DNA from: Candidatus Latescibacterota bacterium
GTDB taxonomy: Bacteria > Latescibacterota > UBA2968 > UBA8231
DNA length: 64,000 bases
Assembly: GCA_965215195.1 (NCBI GenBank)
Contig: CBDCDC010000002.1
Span: 3,520,001-3,584,000, forward strand
Reading direction: 5' to 3'
Positions 47,097 through 56,541 of the stretch are shown in pieces. Below the pieces are notes generated by a model. It ran no database searches and was not told where the DNA came from. It worked only from the letters and a program-made list of their open reading frames with translations. The translations under genes and the position numbers were made by a program. Positions within the stretch are counted from its first letter, which is position 1, and each line of letters opens with the position of its first letter.

Positions 47097-48533
47097 TCAT
47101 TGTGAGTCGGTCTGTTCGATCTCCCAACTGAAGTGATTGTTAGCTGGATCATTGTAATCAACGTAGACCGTCGGGTCCGTCGCGTTGAGGAATTCCTCGA
47201 GATTAGTATAGCCGTCGTTGTCGCGATCTGTGGAGCCATCGGTGGGATCGGCCGGATCTAGCTTATACCGGGTCTCCCAAGCGTCAGGCATACCATCGTG
47301 GTCTCCATCGGCAGGCGGTTGAGCAGGGGCCAAGTCGGGCCAGCCGCCAACCGTTTCCTGCGAGTCGATGATGCCTAAACTCTCACCATACGTACCACCA
47401 TAAGTCGCTGTCCCGGATTCGACTTCGGCGACGATGCGTTCATCGTGCGCGTCGCGGCGGGGCAGGAAAGCACCTACATGCTTGAGTACGCGCCGGTATG
47501 CGAGTGCGGGAGAATCGGTGCGGACGGGCGCGACCTCGAAAGCGCCCTTGGCGCGAAAGTGATCTAAGGGAAAATCTTTGTCAGGATGGACGCCAAGCCA
47601 GTTGTCTGCTGTGACATCGGGTGCGCCGATAACGAGATTGTCGGCAATCCACCAGCGCTCCAGTCCTTCAGAGCCCTCGTAGGGATTAGCCACGCGGGCG
47701 CGGACATTTTCGCGGGTTGCAGGACCGGGTTTGAAAACGTTGTTGACCAGATTGATGCGCACGTCGCCCTCGCCGCCGTAGACGGAGTTGTAGCCCCAGT
47801 TATAGATGACGTTGTTACGCAGGTCGACGAATTGGGTGAAGGGTTCGCGGCCGGCGATCCGCGGATTGCGGCTGGAGTGGTGCGCCAGCAGGTTGTGGTG
47901 GTAGCTGGTGCGCTGGCCACCCCAAATGCCGCCAAAGCCGTGGGCTCCTTTGTCGTGCACCGACTCCCGGAGGCTTTCCGAGATCAGGCACCATTGGACG
48001 GTGACGTCCTCCCCGCGATAGACCGAGACGCATTCGTCCACGCTCCAACTGGCGGAGCAGTGGTCGATGATGATGTTCTTGTGGTAGCGGCTGCCGATGG
48101 CGTCCATGTCTTCGCCGGTAGTATCGCCGAGTCGGACGCGCAGGAAGCGCAGGATGACTTGGTCGGCGTTGATGCTGAGTTGGTAGTCGCGCAGGCAGAT
48201 GCCTCCGCCAGGAGCAGTCTGGCCGGCGATAGTGATATAAGGCTCGCTGATCTTGAGCGGGCTGCGCAGGCGAATTGTGCCACTGACGCGAAAAATGACG
48301 ATTCGAGGACCGGTAGCCTCGACAGCGGCGCGCAGGCTGCCGGGACCGCTGTCGTCGAGGTTGGCGACCTCAATAACGCGACCACCCCGGCCACCAACCG
48401 TTTGGGCACCGGCACCTTCGGCACCGGGAAACGCCGGAATCGCAGGGGCCTCGGCACCTACAGCCACGCCGACGGCAGTGAGTACGAGGGTTGCTGCGAT
48501 GAGAAACACGAATGGGTTTATAGGGCGATTCAT
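47097..48533 (-). CDS. Secreted pectate lyase (PL1-like)
   Basis: AFPGAEG.G....GGRGG, TIAGQTAPG.GI, IIDHCSASWSVDE, RNPR, D.D.DGMPD.WE. Confidence 0.9.
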   Translation of the reverse strand: MNRPINPFVFLIAATLVLTAVGVAVGAEAPAIPAFPGAEGAGAQTVGGRGGRVIEVANLDDSGPGSLRAAVEATGPRIVIFRVSGTIRLRSPLKISEPYITIAGQTAPGGGICLRDYQLSINADQVILRFLRVRLGDTTGEDMDAIGSRYHKNIIIDHCSASWSVDECVSVYRGEDVTVQWCLISESLRESVHDKGAHGFGGIWGGQRTSYHHNLLAHHSSRNPRIAGREPFTQFVDLRNNVIYNWGYNSVYGGEGDVRINLVNNVFKPGPATRENVRARVANPYEGSEGLERWWIADNLVIGAPDVTADNWLGVHPDKDFPLDHFRAKGAFEVAPVRTDSPALAYRRVLKHVGAFLPRRDAHDERIVAEVESGTATYGGTYGESLGIIDSQETVGGWPDLAPAQPPADGDHDGMPDAWETRYKLDPADPTDGSTDRDNDGYTNLEEFLNATDPTVYVDYNDPANNHFSWEIEQTDSQ

Positions 48534-48888
48534 AGCATAAGAGCCTTGTAAAAATCAATATCAGAAGACGATCCTAGCCTTTTGTCTGTATCTGTCCGGC
48601 AAGGACCCCAAACAGTTCGTTTGGCCGCCAAATGGCGCGTCTTGAGGCGGATTGAAGGCATGGGCGCTAGCTGAAGAGTCCGGTTATGAACTGTGTAACC
48701 AATGGTGCTAGTAGGTTGACCGGTGGTCGCGGTCGTTCCTACGCTGGCTGAGAGTATCCCATCTTCAGCCTCGGAGCGTCCTGATGACCACGGCCGATTT
48801 TATAATAACCAATGGTGCTAGTGAGTTGACCGTGGTCGAGGTAGTTCCTACGCTGAGGGTGTCCCCCCTTCCAGCGAAGGAGCGTCCC

Positions 48889-49674
48889 ATGACCACGGCC
48901 GAGTTTATAATAGCCCTCTTCTATCGGATCGACAACCAGATGGGCGATGTGCCCAAACACCCCCAAGCCGCCTTATATCCCAGCGAAACGGTGACCCTGG
49001 CGGTTCTATATGCGCTCAAAGGGGACGGCAAACGGGCGTTTTATCGCTGGGTAGTGCGCGATTGGCGCGCCTTTTTCCCGCGCCTGCCCGAACGCACCCG
49101 CTTGTTCCGCCTGTTTGTCGCCCATGCGGACTGGACCGATCGCTTTCGAGCGGACCCCACCCCCTTAGGCGTGATCGATAGCTATGGCATCGAGTTGATC
49201 CATCCAGTACGCGAAGGCCGCTCCGCTCACCCTATCGGCCAGAAAGGGTTGTCCAATCACCGCTGGATCGTCGGCGGCAAGCTGGGCTTGATCGTCAACC
49301 AGTGGGGCTTGATCGTCGATTGGGATTGTAACACGGCCAATGTCCACGATTCGGTCTTTCACCCGATGATTGGTCGCTACGAAGAGCAGATGATCCTCCT
49401 CAGCGACCAAGGCTTTCATGCCAAAGAAGGTGATCCGGCTAATCTGAAAGTGTGTCCCCGCAAAACCTGGGGCGACCGGATGGTCATCGAGACCGTCTTT
49501 TCGATGCTGACCCGCATCGGCCGGTTCAAGCGACAGACCCATCGAGCTTGGGCCTACTTTAGAGCGTATCTGAGCGCGGCCATGGCCGCCTTTAACCTGC
49601 TGGCACAGTGGCATGGATTGCAACCGGATGAAAATGGATTCGTCCGGTTGTCCATCGCGGAATTTAGCTTGTAG
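48889..49674 (+). CDS. IS982-like DDE transposase
   Basis: FP.LPERTRLFR, IDSYGIE, G.KL, ANVHD, DQGF, R..IETVFS; ATG at 48889. Confidence 0.85.
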   Translation: MTTAEFIIALFYRIDNQMGDVPKHPQAALYPSETVTLAVLYALKGDGKRAFYRWVVRDWRAFFPRLPERTRLFRLFVAHADWTDRFRADPTPLGVIDSYGIELIHPVREGRSAHPIGQKGLSNHRWIVGGKLGLIVNQWGLIVDWDCNTANVHDSVFHPMIGRYEEQMILLSDQGFHAKEGDPANLKVCPRKTWGDRMVIETVFSMLTRIGRFKRQTHRAWAYFRAYLSAAMAAFNLLAQWHGLQPDENGFVRLSIAEFSL

Positions 49675-49761
49675 CCCACTAGTGTCTTTTGACAACTAAA
49701 GTTATGGATGCGATATTCATGTCGAATCTCCAGCGCGAACTGATACCTGAGGAGTCTAGAT

Positions 49762-50202
49762 ATGAAGAAATATATCGTGCGTCTCCCCGACGAAGCGCGT
49801 CAGCAGTTAGAAGCTCTGGTCAGCACAGGTCACGCCCCAGCCTACAAGATCAAACACGCGAATATACTTTTGAAAGCCGATGCAGCAGGGCCCTGCTGGA
49901 CAGATAGGGCTATTGCGGAAGCATTCGCCTGCCATAGAGTCACCGTCGAAAACGTTCGGAAACGTTTTGTAGAGCACGGGATGCAGGCGGCCTTAGAACG
50001 TAAAAAGCGCGTACAGCCGCCCCGCGAGAAGATTCTGGATGGAGCCGGTGAAGCCCGTTTGATCGCGCTGGCTTGTAGCCATCCCCCCGAAGGACGCAAC
50101 CGCTGGACATTGGAGTTACTGGCCGACACGTTGGTCGAACTCAACGTGGTGGACTCCATTTCGTATCGCACGGTGGGACGGACGCTAAAAAAAACGAATT
50201 GA
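49762..50202 (+). CDS. IS630 transposase OrfA (HTH)
   Basis: ILLKADA, IAEA...TV..VRKRFV, PPEGRNRWTLELLA; ends at LKKTN over an A8 run. Confidence 0.9.
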   Translation: MKKYIVRLPDEARQQLEALVSTGHAPAYKIKHANILLKADAAGPCWTDRAIAEAFACHRVTVENVRKRFVEHGMQAALERKKRVQPPREKILDGAGEARLIALACSHPPEGRNRWTLELLADTLVELNVVDSISYRTVGRTLKKTN

Positions 50203-50885
50203 AGCCGCATCTGCGTACCTGTTGGGTGATTCCACCTGAACAAAATGCAGCCTTTGTAGCCTGCATGGAAGATGTTCTGGATCTGTATCATCGGCCCTAC
50301 GATCCGAAAAGGCCTTGGGTGTGCATGGATGAGCAGCCCATCCAGTTGATTGGAGAAACCCGTATCCCGCTGCCCGCACGGCCTGGACACCCCCAACGGT
50401 ATGATTACGAATACGCGCACAATGGCACAGCGGTCAATTTTCTGTTTACAGACCCCTTGGCCGGTTGGCGCAAGGTCAATGTGCGCTCACGCAAGACCGC
50501 TGTGGACTGGGCTTTTGAAATCAAAGAGCTATTGGAGGTGGATTATCCAGATGCTGAAGTGGTCTTGGTGGTGTGTGATAATCTCAACACGCACACGATT
50601 GCCGCTTTGTATGAAGCGTTTGAACCGGCCCAAGCGCGCCGGTTAGTTAGACGACTTGAGTTGCATTACACCCCCAAACATGGCAGTTGGCTCAATATCG
50701 CTGAAATTGAGTTGCGCATTTTGTCCCAGCAATGTCTAAATGCGCGCATACCCGATGAAGAGACCTTGAAGGCGGAAACCCACGCTTGGGAACAGGCACG
50801 CAACGAAAACCAGAAAGCCGTGGACTGGCGGTTTACCACCGATGATGCGCGCATTAAACTGAAACGGCTTTACCCAAAATTTTAA
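50199..50885 (+). CDS. IS630 transposase OrfB (DDE), joined by -1 frameshift
   Basis: CMDEQP, DYEY..NGT, CDNLNTH, TPKHGSWLNIAEIE, DARIKLKRLYP. Confidence 0.9.
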   Translation: MKPHLRTCWVIPPEQNAAFVACMEDVLDLYHRPYDPKRPWVCMDEQPIQLIGETRIPLPARPGHPQRYDYEYAHNGTAVNFLFTDPLAGWRKVNVRSRKTAVDWAFEIKELLEVDYPDAEVVLVVCDNLNTHTIAALYEAFEPAQARRLVRRLELHYTPKHGSWLNIAEIELRILSQQCLNARIPDEETLKAETHAWEQARNENQKAVDWRFTTDDARIKLKRLYPKF

Positions 50886-51088
50886 GTGTCAATAGATACT
50901 AGCACCATTGGTTAATAGCCCTGTTTTATCATATCGACAAGCAGATGCCGAACGCGCCCACTCAGGGTGCGCCTTGTTCAATCTACCTAGCGGAGAGGGT
51001 AAGGAGAAATACCTATTCTCTGCAATGTGCAGCTCTTCCAGCTTAGTTTTTTGGCCGGTCAGAATCTCGAGGAAGAGAGAGACAAGCG

Positions 51089-53734
51089 ATGAAATGGACT
51101 TTGGCAGCGGTGGCGTTGTTGATGGCGGCACTGGCGTGGGCTCAGGACCCGGCGGTGGTGCCAAGTGCATCCGGGACAATTCCGACGGACCGTCCGGGCG
51201 AGAACATCGCACTAGGGGCGAGCTACACGATAGAGCCGGGGCCGAATTACGGGCTTTGCTCGGACCCCGGTGATCACGAACAACTGACGGACGGGGTCTA
51301 CACGGAGGGCTATTTCTGGGCGCAGATATCGACCGTGGGCTGGCAGGAAAAGACGCCCTCGATCCTGACGCTGGATTTGGGTGCGGTGAAACCGATACGC
51401 GGGGTATCGTTCCACACGGCGGCGGGTTTTGCGGACGTGAGGTGGCCGCTGACGATCCGCATCCTCGTGGCGGGTGAAGACAGGGAATTCCATGAAATCG
51501 GGGACTTGGTGCAGTTGAGCGCAGAACAACACGGTCCGCTCGTACCGACGAAGGCGAGCGATGCCATGTGGGCCCAGGGCGGCGCGAGTTTCAATGAAGC
51601 CGAGATACACCATCATTACGACCTCCACCGGGATCGCTACCCACCGGAGCTCACCGCCGAAGTGCGTCAGCAGATCCTCCGAGATCTCGATGAGGAGCGC
51701 ACCGCTAAGTATGGGACCTATCGGTACTGGACGGACCGGTTGCGGACGCACGGGCGATATGTCAGCCTCGTTGTGTGGAACGAGCCGTATACATTCGTGG
51801 ACGAGATCGAGGTTTACGCGGGAGAGCCGGAGTGGGTGGGTGAGCCGATGCCGGGGCCAGTCATTGCAGACGTGAAGGAGTATGTGCGCCGGATCGCCAT
51901 CCAGAAAGGGATTCGGACGCGCCTTGTGCGGGACATTGAGGCCCTGAAAGAAGCGGTGGAAGAAGAGGATGTCCCGGCGCAGACGCAGGGCGATGTGCTG
52001 AGCGAGTTGGCGTCTGTGGAAGGGGAGTTGGGGCTGGCCACCGCGTTCGGGGATGACTTCCAAGCCGTGCTGCCGTTGAATCCGTGGCACGAACGGGTGT
52101 TGCGTACGCAGGCGTGGCTCTGGCGCGCCAGAGGATTTGAGCCGCTCACGTTCTGGTGCTCGAATCTGTGGGATCCGCTGCCGCTCATCGGCACGCCGGA
52201 CGCGGCGGCGGAATTGGCCGTCGAGGTGCATCTGATGCGCAGGGAATACCGCGCGGCGGCGTTCAATGTGAGCAACAGCAGTGACGAGCCGATGCAGGTG
52301 ATGTTCCGCTTGAGCGGGCTGCCTGGAGGCGACAATCCGGGGTATGTGACCGTTCACGAGGTGGCTTGGACGGACACGCGGTCCGGGGTGCCGGTGGCGG
52401 CGGCCCTGCCAGAGGTTGTTGTCGAGAACGATCTGTATGCGGTGACCGTGCCCTCGGGCATGACGCGGCAGGTGTGGCTGACATTCCATCCGGTGGAGGT
52501 GGAGCCGGGCACCTACGAGGGCGAAGTCGTCGTGGAGTCTGTGTCCGGGGGCAGGAAATTTCCGTTGCGCATGTACCTGTATCCCTTGGATTTCCCGGAG
52601 CAGCAGTCGCTGCATCTGGGCGGATGGGACTATACGGATCAGGTCGGTCATTTCCGCTTTGTGACAGAGCAGAACCGGTTGGCGCTCATTGAGCACCTGC
52701 GCGACCATTTCGTCGACTCGCCGTGGGCCCTCAAACTGGCGCTGCCGCGGGGTACGCACAATGCGCAGGGGGCAATGACGGCACCACCCGCCACCGACCA
52801 CTTCGATGCGTGGATCGAATTGTGGCCGGATGCAGCCCAGTACCTCGTGTTCGCGAAAGTGGGCGACCATTTCGAGGCGTGGCCCATGGGCACGCCAGAA
52901 TTCACGACCGCGGTGAAGGCGTGGGTGACGTTCTGGGCGGAGCATATGGTGGCGAAGGGGTTGAAGCCGGAGCAGTTCGCGCTGCTGCTGGTGGATGAGC
53001 CTGACGAGCCGTGGATGGACGAGCGCATTCTGGCGTGGGCGAAGGCGATCCGCGAAGCAGACACGGGCGTCCGCATCTGGGAGGATACGAACCACCGGGA
53101 CATGGACGACGCGGATCAGGAGATGATTGATGCGTGCCACGTGTTGTGCCCGAACTATTCAGCCTTCCTGAGACAGGGCGAGGACTATCGCGACTACTAC
53201 CTGAAGAAGCGCGATCAGGGGATCGGCTTGGAGTTCTATGCGGCGTGGACGGGTCGAGTTTTTGATCCGTACGCGGGCCGGCTTATGGCGTGGTCGAGCT
53301 GGCGCTATGGGGCGACGGCAATCTACATGTGGTCATTGGGCGACACGGCCGGCGCGTCATCGTGGAACGAGTACCTGACTTTCAAGGATCCATACACGCC
53401 CTTGTTTATCGCCGAGGACTCGGTGACGGCCGGGAAACACCTCGAGGCGGTGCGGGAGGGGGTGGAGGACTACGAGTATTTCGCGATGTTGGACCAGGCG
53501 ATCAAGAACGCGTCTGCGCAGGGGGCGACGGGGCCGGAGGTGGAGGCGGCACATCGCCTGCTAGAGAGCCTGCCGGCCAAGGTCTGTGATGCGGCGGGCC
53601 ACGTGGGTGGGATGGACTCCGCCCAGCCGCTGGGCGGCTTTCACTGGCTGAACGAAAAAGTGGACCGCACACTGGCGGACAAGGCGCGGATCCAGGTGTT
53701 GGAGACCTTGACGGCACTGGTTGAGCATCACTGA
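51089..53734 (+). CDS. Secreted protein with discoidin/CBM-like N-terminus and GH123/DUF4091-like C-terminal region
   Basis: Signal peptide; NIALG..Y, QLTDG, LDLG, FVDEIEV; DEP; E..REGVEDYEY. Confidence 0.65.
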   Translation: MKWTLAAVALLMAALAWAQDPAVVPSASGTIPTDRPGENIALGASYTIEPGPNYGLCSDPGDHEQLTDGVYTEGYFWAQISTVGWQEKTPSILTLDLGAVKPIRGVSFHTAAGFADVRWPLTIRILVAGEDREFHEIGDLVQLSAEQHGPLVPTKASDAMWAQGGASFNEAEIHHHYDLHRDRYPPELTAEVRQQILRDLDEERTAKYGTYRYWTDRLRTHGRYVSLVVWNEPYTFVDEIEVYAGEPEWVGEPMPGPVIADVKEYVRRIAIQKGIRTRLVRDIEALKEAVEEEDVPAQTQGDVLSELASVEGELGLATAFGDDFQAVLPLNPWHERVLRTQAWLWRARGFEPLTFWCSNLWDPLPLIGTPDAAAELAVEVHLMRREYRAAAFNVSNSSDEPMQVMFRLSGLPGGDNPGYVTVHEVAWTDTRSGVPVAAALPEVVVENDLYAVTVPSGMTRQVWLTFHPVEVEPGTYEGEVVVESVSGGRKFPLRMYLYPLDFPEQQSLHLGGWDYTDQVGHFRFVTEQNRLALIEHLRDHFVDSPWALKLALPRGTHNAQGAMTAPPATDHFDAWIELWPDAAQYLVFAKVGDHFEAWPMGTPEFTTAVKAWVTFWAEHMVAKGLKPEQFALLLVDEPDEPWMDERILAWAKAIREADTGVRIWEDTNHRDMDDADQEMIDACHVLCPNYSAFLRQGEDYRDYYLKKRDQGIGLEFYAAWTGRVFDPYAGRLMAWSSWRYGATAIYMWSLGDTAGASSWNEYLTFKDPYTPLFIAEDSVTAGKHLEAVREGVEDYEYFAMLDQAIKNASAQGATGPEVEAAHRLLESLPAKVCDAAGHVGGMDSAQPLGGFHWLNEKVDRTLADKARIQVLETLTALVEHH

Positions 53735-53913
53735 CCACGACTTGTCGTGCGCTCGCAATCTATTTCAGCAGCCGAACGTCTTTGTCCCCCTACGGCCTGC
53801 CAGAGTCCATCCCTGACATATATACGTGCCATCACGCCGCTGAGGAAATGAAACGGATGAACCTATGACGTGCGTTAAGGCGTGGGGCTTCACCGTTGCA
53901 GAAGAAGCTGTCG

Positions 53914-54079
53914 GTCCACGGGGGCAGGTGCCGTTCCTCCAAGAAAGTCGCTGTTTTGAAGCGTCGGGCAGCATGACGTGCTCCACCTCAATATGCACGA
54001 AGACGAGACGGACAAGACCGCGATGTTTTCGCGGAAGTGCCTGACCTGTCACGAGCAGTCCTTAGTACACGACCCCTAA
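53914..54079 (+). pseudogene. Frameshifted fragment of a multiheme c-type cytochrome
   Basis: Across two frameshifts: VHG/QVPFLQESRCFEASGSMTCST/NMHEDETDKTAMFSRKCLTCHEQ; intact CxxCH at 54038-54052. Confidence 0.7.
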
Positions 54080-54562
54080 AGTAGACGACCCTTACTTTGA
54101 GTACGCCTTTTCTGCTGTTTCCGCTGGGTCCGGGATCGAGGGCGTCTCGCCCTCGACGAGGGCAAGATGCCCTCGATCCTTGGCAGGCTGAAGGCTGGTG
54201 TCGTGTAGTAAGCGAGTAGTCCCACGCTGAAGAGTCCGAATTAGCGCAGGGCGACCGCTGTACCGAATGCCACATGCCCGATCAGCTAGCGAGCAATCTA
54301 CTGGTGTACCACGAGGGAGAGGAGTGGTTCCTGTCAATGGCCAATCACCGCATCGGGATCTGCGCACCGTCTATCGCGTTAGAAAGGGGGAACACTTGAT
54401 CAAACAAGCATGCGGACATGGCTTTCTCCTTGACTTTCACATGCGTACCTTTCATTAGATCATAGTGCGTTTGGCAACATCAACGACTCTAGAGCAGCTA
54501 GCCACGCTTGGGGGTGCTTGACATTTCTAATGATATCAGGTTCCGCCAAATTTTTCTGCCAG

Positions 54563-56524
54563 ATGACGACAGGAATGTTCCTGCTTGTCTTAATTGCCCT
54601 CGCTCTCAATGCGCGCGACGCTTCGGGCGTGATCGTCTACCGCATCGGCACGCCCTTTTCCAAGGCGGAAAAGGATAGCTTGGAGAGGATCGGCATCGAT
54701 TTCAGGGAGCTCGGCTGGTCGGAAAACTCGCAGCTAGAGGACGCCCTTGACCCGGACTCGCTACAGGCGGGCGTACTGCAGCCCAATTTCTTCGCCGAAG
54801 ACGAGGATATCGCCGCAACGCTGTTGAGCAGAGACGGCTGGGTGGCAGTGCAGCGGGAAGCTGGTAGGAGCAACTTCGACCAGGCGATCGGAAACCTGCT
54901 GGTCGATCAGGACCCGAGTACGGCGCACACGTGGAAGGCCATAGATCAAGCGACCCTCGACTTTCGCGCCGCCTGTTGCAACGACCCCGGTGCATCGTTG
55001 AGAGTGCATTTCGATCTAGGCGGACGATTCCTCATCAGAGAGGTGAGACTGCGGCCTCTGGCGGACAGGTCGGATCACTTCTTGGAGCAATTCGTCATCG
55101 GTGTCAGCGACGAGAGATACGGTATAGTTGGCCACGTCCCGAATCTCCCAACTGTTGTGGAGGTAGAGGGCAATACTGAACCCGAAGTCAGCGTGATGCT
55201 CAATCGACCCGTGACGACCAACTTTGTGCAGTTGCGGATCCTTCGGCAAACGCCCAAGGAGATCGGGCTGGCCGCTTTCGAGTTGTACGGGGGGGGATAC
55301 GTGAGGAAGGCCTCCTATGAATCCGACGTCATCGAACTGGACGACATCGCCAGTCTAGGCGAGATCCGCTGGTTGGGACAGCAGGATCCCCACGCCCAGG
55401 TCGCGATCCGCACCCGGGCAGGAACCGATCCGCACCCGGTCATTTTCTGGGAGACCCGCCCCGAGCAGCAGGACATCGTCAGGTTTCTCCAAGGGGGCGG
55501 CGATCTGAGTCTGACGGAGTACAAGCGCCGGTATCACAAACTGGCTGATTTCCTCAAACCGGAAGACGAGCAGGACAGGATGCGTCCCGACACGGAGCAC
55601 TGGAGCTTCTATTCGAGTCCGTATGCGTTCGGGCATCCTGGGGTCCCTATTGCATCCCCCGGGCCGCGGAAGTTCGTCCAGCTCAGAGTGGATTTTGCCT
55701 CTACCACCGTCGCAGAGGGGGGCAAGATCGACTACATAGAGTTCAAGGCGTCGGTCCCGCCGTTGGTTCGCCGCTTGGTAGGGGAGATTCACCCGACCGA
55801 GACCGAGGTGGGCGAAGCGACGCAATTTACGTATTACATCAGTCCGACGATCCGGTCCATCGACAGCAGTTTTGACGGGGTGGAGATCGCGACGCCTTCA
55901 GGGGTGGTGTCGGTTGATTCGCTGCGCCTAGCCGGCATCAATCAGGAGGATTTCTCGTGGACTATCCACGCAGACGGTCTGGGGTTTGAGGGTCTGCTCC
56001 CGCGCCGGCTGGAGCCGACGGACAGCGGTGCGCTGGTGGAGGTGGTGTTCACCGCTCCGGTACTGAGAGAAGTGGGCACCCTGTTTGCAGGCCGGGTGTT
56101 CGACTCGACTAGGCCGCACGAGGTGCGGCAGCGGGTCGTGCCGGGCAATGCTACCGATGAGATCGAAGGCGATCGTTTGTCGGTGAGAACGGCCCTGAGC
56201 GAGTCGCTGGTGTTTTCGCCGCGGATCTCGCCGAATCCGTTCACGCCGAACGGCGATGGGGTGAATGAGGTGGTGAACATATCGTACAAGCTGCTGCGGT
56301 TGACCGCAGCGGTGCCGGTGTCGCTCGAGATCTACGATCTGTCGGGCCGGCTGGTGAGGTGGGTGTATAAGGGGGAGGATCCGGTGGGTGAGTACAGCCA
56401 CGTGTGGGATGGCCGGGACGACTCGAACGGGCTGGTGCCGCCGGGGCTGTATCTGTACCGGCTGGTGGTGGACGTGCAGTCAGAGAAGGAGACCCGCAGC
56501 GGCGTCGTTGCGGTGGCCTATTGA
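54563..56524 (+). CDS. Secreted protein with C-terminal FlgD-Ig / sorting-like domain
   Basis: Signal peptide; PNPFTPNGDGVNE...IYDLSGRLV...WDGRD..G..VPPGLYLYRL. Confidence 0.8.
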   Translation: MTTGMFLLVLIALALNARDASGVIVYRIGTPFSKAEKDSLERIGIDFRELGWSENSQLEDALDPDSLQAGVLQPNFFAEDEDIAATLLSRDGWVAVQREAGRSNFDQAIGNLLVDQDPSTAHTWKAIDQATLDFRAACCNDPGASLRVHFDLGGRFLIREVRLRPLADRSDHFLEQFVIGVSDERYGIVGHVPNLPTVVEVEGNTEPEVSVMLNRPVTTNFVQLRILRQTPKEIGLAAFELYGGGYVRKASYESDVIELDDIASLGEIRWLGQQDPHAQVAIRTRAGTDPHPVIFWETRPEQQDIVRFLQGGGDLSLTEYKRRYHKLADFLKPEDEQDRMRPDTEHWSFYSSPYAFGHPGVPIASPGPRKFVQLRVDFASTTVAEGGKIDYIEFKASVPPLVRRLVGEIHPTETEVGEATQFTYYISPTIRSIDSSFDGVEIATPSGVVSVDSLRLAGINQEDFSWTIHADGLGFEGLLPRRLEPTDSGALVEVVFTAPVLREVGTLFAGRVFDSTRPHEVRQRVVPGNATDEIEGDRLSVRTALSESLVFSPRISPNPFTPNGDGVNEVVNISYKLLRLTAAVPVSLEIYDLSGRLVRWVYKGEDPVGEYSHVWDGRDDSNGLVPPGLYLYRLVVDVQSEKETRSGVVAVAY

Positions 56525-56541
56525 TAATCGTTTTTTTTAGC

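Larger units (their letters stand above)
49680..50901 (+). mobile_element. IS630-family element inserted at CTAG (TA duplication)
   Basis: Imperfect TIRs (C)TAGTGTCTTTTGACAACTAAAGTTATGG and CCAAAATTTTAAGTGTCAATAGATACTA(G). Confidence 0.9.
48808..50912 (+). mobile_element. Inner IS982-family element
   Basis: TIRs ACCAATGGTGCTAGT (48808-48822) and ACTAGCACCATTGGT (50898-50912); TAATA target duplication at 48803-48807 and 50913-50917. Confidence 0.85.
48698..50960 (+). mobile_element. Outer degenerate IS982-like element (left end plus interrupted transposase start)
   Basis: Left end ACCAATGGTGCTAGT at 48698; MTTADFI(I) is interrupted at 48807 and resumes after 50917 as ALFYHIDKQMPNAP, then decays. 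Confidence 0.75.

Noticed and set aside
47586-48551. 321-aa plus-strand ORF
   Set aside because: Antisense to the pectate lyase; typical shadow ORF
48698-48910. Two ~110-bp direct repeats considered as a CRISPR or tandem repeat
   Set aside because: Explained as the left ends of two nested related IS elements; no spacer array or cas genes anywhere in the window
51212-53140. 642-aa minus-strand ORF
   Set aside because: Antisense shadow of the GC-rich 881-aa gene; Arg/His/Pro-rich with no motifs
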